Shown piece by piece: positions 60,590 to 64,000 of a stretch of 64,000 nucleotides of DNA. Source of the stretch: Ferruginibacter sp. Lineage in GTDB: Bacteria > Bacteroidota > Bacteroidia > Chitinophagales > Chitinophagaceae. Position 1 is the first letter of the stretch; each line of letters starts with the position of its first letter. The stretch covers positions 9,967-73,966 of the forward strand of contig JAYTTI010000006.1 of assembly GCA_043745405.1 (NCBI GenBank). The letters are read 5' to 3'. Made by a program: the position numbers and the translations under genes. The notes under the pieces are model-generated. The model was not told the origin of the DNA and did no database searches. It saw only the letters and a list, made by a program, of their open reading frames with translations.

Positions 60590-60955
60590 TTGGGAATAAC
60601 CAATGCCATATTAAAAGTAAGAGAGCACCGCAAATCTGAAAAAGTTGCAGAGGTTAATTTTTTGGTTGATAGTGGAGCAATATACAGTTTGGTGCCGGGG
60701 AAAGTTTTAGATCAATTAGATATTGAGCCCTATAAAGAAATGAGTTTTTCTTTGGCAGACGGAACTACCTTAAAAAGGAAAGTTTGCAGTGCTTATTTTG
60801 AGTATGAAGGAGAAGGTGGCCCTGCGCCGGTTGTGTATGGAGAAGAAGGAGATGAACCACTTTTGGGAGCAACTACCTTAGAATCTTTAGGTTTGGTATT
60901 AAATCCTTTTACAAGAACATTGCACCCTATGCGGATGCTGATGGCTAAATTATAA
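60590..60955 (+). CDS. Retropepsin-like (clan AA) aspartyl protease
   Basis: FLVDSGA, LADG, LLGATTLESLG. Confidence 0.85.
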   Translation: MGITNAILKVREHRKSEKVAEVNFLVDSGAIYSLVPGKVLDQLDIEPYKEMSFSLADGTTLKRKVCSAYFEYEGEGGPAPVVYGEEGDEPLLGATTLESLGLVLNPFTRTLHPMRMLMAKL

Positions 60956-60958
60956 AAC

Positions 60959-61384
60959 ATGAAATATTTATTAACGATATTATTTTTTGCTGCTTCAATG
61001 GCTGGCTTTGCACAAACCAGTGACGAAGAAAAATTAACAGCAACTGTAAAAGAATTTCACCAGGCATTGGTAAATAAAAATACTGTTTCTATAAATCAGC
61101 AAACCGATAAGGCATTAAGTTACGGACATAGCAATGGCTGGGTAGAAACAAAAACTGATATGATAAAAGACCTTGAAACAGGCTATATCAGTTACCAGAG
61201 TATTAAAGAAGACAGTATTACAATAACCACTAATGGGGCAATGGCCAATGTTCGTTTTGTAGCTGATTTTGCGGCAACCAGAAATGGAACAAGTACCAAT
61301 TTTCGGTTAAGAGTTTTGGAAGTATGGGTTAAAAAAAGCAATAGATGGCTATTGTTTGCAAGACAGGCAGTAAAAGCACAATAA
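60959..61384 (+). CDS. NTF2-like / DUF4440 secreted protein
   Basis: Signal peptide; LSYGHSNG, VLEVWVK...WLLFARQA. Confidence 0.8.
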   Translation: MKYLLTILFFAASMAGFAQTSDEEKLTATVKEFHQALVNKNTVSINQQTDKALSYGHSNGWVETKTDMIKDLETGYISYQSIKEDSITITTNGAMANVRFVADFAATRNGTSTNFRLRVLEVWVKKSNRWLLFARQAVKAQ

Positions 61385-61473
61385 AGTTATATAACAAAAC
61401 AACGATAGAGGAAGTTAGAAATTCAATAGAATAATTAAAACATAATCAAATTTGTTTTAAGGAGAAAGGCTTT

Positions 61474-62829
61474 ATGGCAAGAAAACTATTATTAGACAAA
61501 GCAAATGTTCCGGGCATAAGAAGCTTCGAAGTATATCGCCGCGAAGGTGGTTACCGCAGTGTAGAGAAGGCATTAAAAATGGCTCCGGCAGATATTGTGG
61601 AAGAGGTTAAAAAAAGTGGATTGCGTGGCCGTGGCGGTGCAGGTTTTCCTACAGGGATGAAATGGAGTTTTTTGGCCAAGCCAGAAGGTGTTGCCCGTTA
61701 TCTTGTCTGCAATGCAGATGAAAGTGAACCCGGAACTTTTAAGGACAGGTACTTAATGGAATTTATTCCACATCTGTTAATAGAAGGAATGATTGCCTCT
61801 TCCTTTGCATTGGGCAGCAACACAAGTTATATTTATATTCGTGGAGAATATGCATGGATAACAGATATTTTAGAAAACGCTATTGCCGAAGCAAAGCAAA
61901 ATGGTTTTTTAGGAAAGAATATTTTAGGCTCAGGTTTCGATTGTGAACTGTATGTACAACGTGGTGCAGGTGCTTATATCTGTGGCGAAGAAACGGCACT
62001 TTTAGAAAGCCTGGAAGGTAAAAGGGGCAACCCAAGAATCAAACCTCCTTTTCCGGCCATTAAAGGTTTATGGGATTGCCCAACAGTGGTAAACAATGTA
62101 GAAACAATTGCAGCCGTCGTCCCCATCCTGAATGAAGGCGGGGAAGAATATGCAAAAATCGGTATGGGTAAATCAACAGGCACCAAATTAATTTCGGCCT
62201 GTGGTAATATCAATAAGCCGGGTATTTACGAAATTGATATGACGATCTCTGTAGAAGAATTTATTTTTAGCGATGAATATTGTGGAGGTATACCCAATGG
62301 TAAAAGATTGAAAGCCTGCATACCCGGCGGATCATCTGTTCCTATTCTTCCTGCTAATTTATTGTTGACTACAGCAAAAGGAGAGAAAAGGTTGATGAAC
62401 TACGAGAGCCTTAGTGACGGCGGTTTTGCAACCGGCAGCATGATGGGTAGTGGCGGATTTATTGTGTTGGATGAAGACCAGTGTGTGGTAAGAAATACGA
62501 TGACATTTGCACGGTTTTATCATCATGAAAGCTGCGGCCAATGCAGCCCCTGCCGTGAAGGTACTGGCTGGATGGAAAGGATATTGAAAAAAATTGAAAA
62601 CGGTAAAGGTGAAATGAAGGATATAGATTTGCTGTGGGATATTCAACGGAAAATAGAAGGCAATACTATTTGCCCGCTGGGCGATGCAGCAGCATGGCCT
62701 GTAGCAGCAGCTATCAGGCATTTTAGGGATGAGTTTGAATGGCACGTGCTGAACCCGGAAAAATGCCTTACAGAAAATTTTGGATTAAGGCATTATGCAG
62801 ATCCAATTCATGTACCGGCAAGTGCATAG
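61474..62829 (+). CDS. nuoF: NADH-quinone oxidoreductase subunit F
   Basis: GLRGRGGAGFP, NADESEPG, YICGEETAL, ESCGQCSPCREG, TICPLG. Confidence 0.97.
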   Translation: MARKLLLDKANVPGIRSFEVYRREGGYRSVEKALKMAPADIVEEVKKSGLRGRGGAGFPTGMKWSFLAKPEGVARYLVCNADESEPGTFKDRYLMEFIPHLLIEGMIASSFALGSNTSYIYIRGEYAWITDILENAIAEAKQNGFLGKNILGSGFDCELYVQRGAGAYICGEETALLESLEGKRGNPRIKPPFPAIKGLWDCPTVVNNVETIAAVVPILNEGGEEYAKIGMGKSTGTKLISACGNINKPGIYEIDMTISVEEFIFSDEYCGGIPNGKRLKACIPGGSSVPILPANLLLTTAKGEKRLMNYESLSDGGFATGSMMGSGGFIVLDEDQCVVRNTMTFARFYHHESCGQCSPCREGTGWMERILKKIENGKGEMKDIDLLWDIQRKIEGNTICPLGDAAAWPVAAAIRHFRDEFEWHVLNPEKCLTENFGLRHYADPIHVPASA

Positions 62830-62841
62830 AAAATAAATTAA

Positions 62842-62937
62842 TTAATTAAGAAAGCAGATGAGATATTAAAAATCATCACTTCAATAATCTTAAAGTCTGA
62901 ATAATCTTTTTTTGATTTTAAATTTTGACTTTTTAAT
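62842..62937 (+). pseudogene. Remnant C-terminus of a four-helix-bundle protein followed by 7-nt repeats
   Basis: 62842-62904 reads LIKKADEILKIITSIILKSE*, then TTTGATT-TTAAATT-TTGACTT-TTTAAT. Confidence 0.55.
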
Positions 62938-62945
62938 GTATAAAT

Positions 62946-64000
62946 ATGGCTGACGAAATAAAACCAGCACCACCTGCAACATTTAAAGTTACCATCGATA
63001 ATATCACCATCGATGTAGCGCCTGGTACTACTGTATTAAATGCTGCCCGAATTATCGGCGGCGATGTTACGCCACCGGCAATGTGTTATTATAGCAAATT
63101 AAAAGGTAGTGGTGGTAAGTGTCGTACCTGTTTGGTTGAAGTTGCAGCAGGCTCTACTGCCGACCCCAGGCCAATGCCAAAATTGGTGGCCAGTTGCCGC
63201 ACAACTGTTATGGATGGCATGATTGTAAAAAATATTACCAGCGATAAAGTAAAAGATGCAAGGGCTGGTGTGGTGGAATTTTTATTGTTAAATCATCCGC
63301 TGGATTGCCCTATATGTGATCAGGCAGGTGAATGTCATTTGCAGGATCTGGGATATGAACATGGTAAGGAAGGCACACGCTACGAATTTAAAAGAAGAAC
63401 ATTTGAGAAGGAAGATATTGGTCCTTACATACAATTGCATATGACACGTTGTATACTTTGCTATCGCTGTACTTATGTAGCCGATCAGTTAACCGATAAG
63501 CGGGTACATGGAATTTTAGACAGGGGAGAGCATTCAGAAATATCTACTTATATTTCCAAAGCAATCGATAACGATTTTAGTGGTAACATGATTGATGTTT
63601 GTCCGGTAGGTGCATTAACCGATAAAACTTTTCGGTTTAAAAACAGGGTTTGGTTTACCAAGCCGGGAGATGCTCACCGCAATTGCGAAAACCCTGAATG
63701 CTGTGGTAAAACAACTTTATGGTTAAGAGGTGATGAAGTTTTTAGAGTAACAGCCCGTAAAGACCAGTGGGGTGAAGTGCAGAGTTTTGATGGAAAGCCA
63801 GGATGGATATGTAATACCTGCCGTTTTGATAAAAAGAAAACTGCTGATTGGCAAATAGAAGGCCTTACAAAAATCAGCAGGCATTCTGTAATATCACAAG
63901 GAAAATATGATGGATTGGTAATGCCAAAGGAAACCATAAAAGAAGTGATGGGCGGCAGAAAGCCTAAATTGTTGATGGATATTCATGATGAAAGCGAGGT
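62946..64000 (+). CDS. nuoG: NADH-quinone oxidoreductase subunit G (2Fe-2S/4Fe-4S domain; runs off the right edge)
   Basis: Manual translation from ATG 62946 gives MCYYSKL...GKCRTCLV, NHPLDCPICDQAGEC, RCILCYRC, DVCPVGAL. Confidence 0.93.
   Translation, partial: MADEIKPAPPATFKVTIDNITIDVAPGTTVLNAARIIGGDVTPPAMCYYSKLKGSGGKCRTCLVEVAAGSTADPRPMPKLVASCRTTVMDGMIVKNITSDKVKDARAGVVEFLLLNHPLDCPICDQAGECHLQDLGYEHGKEGTRYEFKRRTFEKEDIGPYIQLHMTRCILCYRCTYVADQLTDKRVHGILDRGEHSEISTYISKAIDNDFSGNMIDVCPVGALTDKTFRFKNRVWFTKPGDAHRNCENPECCGKTTLWLRGDEVFRVTARKDQWGEVQSFDGKPGWICNTCRFDKKKTADWQIEGLTKISRHSVISQGKYDGLVMPKETIKEVMGGRKPKLLMDIHDESE

Noticed and set aside
62946-64000. NuoG possibly being the short form lacking the large C-terminal domain
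   Set aside because: The stop codon lies outside the window, so length cannot be determined; short NuoG is also already known in Bacteroidota

Overview
AT-rich chromosomal segment from a Bacteroidota genome. A Chitinophagaceae-like origin is inferred from the short RpoD-type sigma factor, TAnnTTTG promoter elements, a T9SS cargo protein and the complete-type nuo genes. Most of the window is housekeeping: folK, queG, clpB, sod, ffh, rpsP-rimM, dinB, pseudouridine synthases, rlmN, hisS and nuoA-G. I saw no rRNA, tRNA, CRISPR array, integrase or transposase. Three things stand out. (1) A five-gene amide-ligase cluster of unknown product: RimK-like ATP-grasp, YbdK-like carboxylate-amine ligase, class-I glutamine amidotransferase, a circularly permuted/GspS-like ATP-grasp and a divergent esterase. 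(2) An ECF sigma factor paired with a probable dual-membrane-spanning anti-sigma. Its putative promoter GGCAACC-N16-CGAWTA recurs in front of a downstream cytochrome c lipoprotein / OB-fold / YceI / beta-barrel operon. (3) Several intergenic scars that look like decayed four-helix-bundle genes bordered by 7-nt repeats, suggesting a transposase-less insertion element that targets operon junctions. Also present are a RES-Xre toxin-antitoxin pair translationally coupled to folK, a candidate Rrf2 operator, small passenger genes inside the nuo operon and several pseudogene relics. All family calls come from motif recognition by eye; no database search was run.
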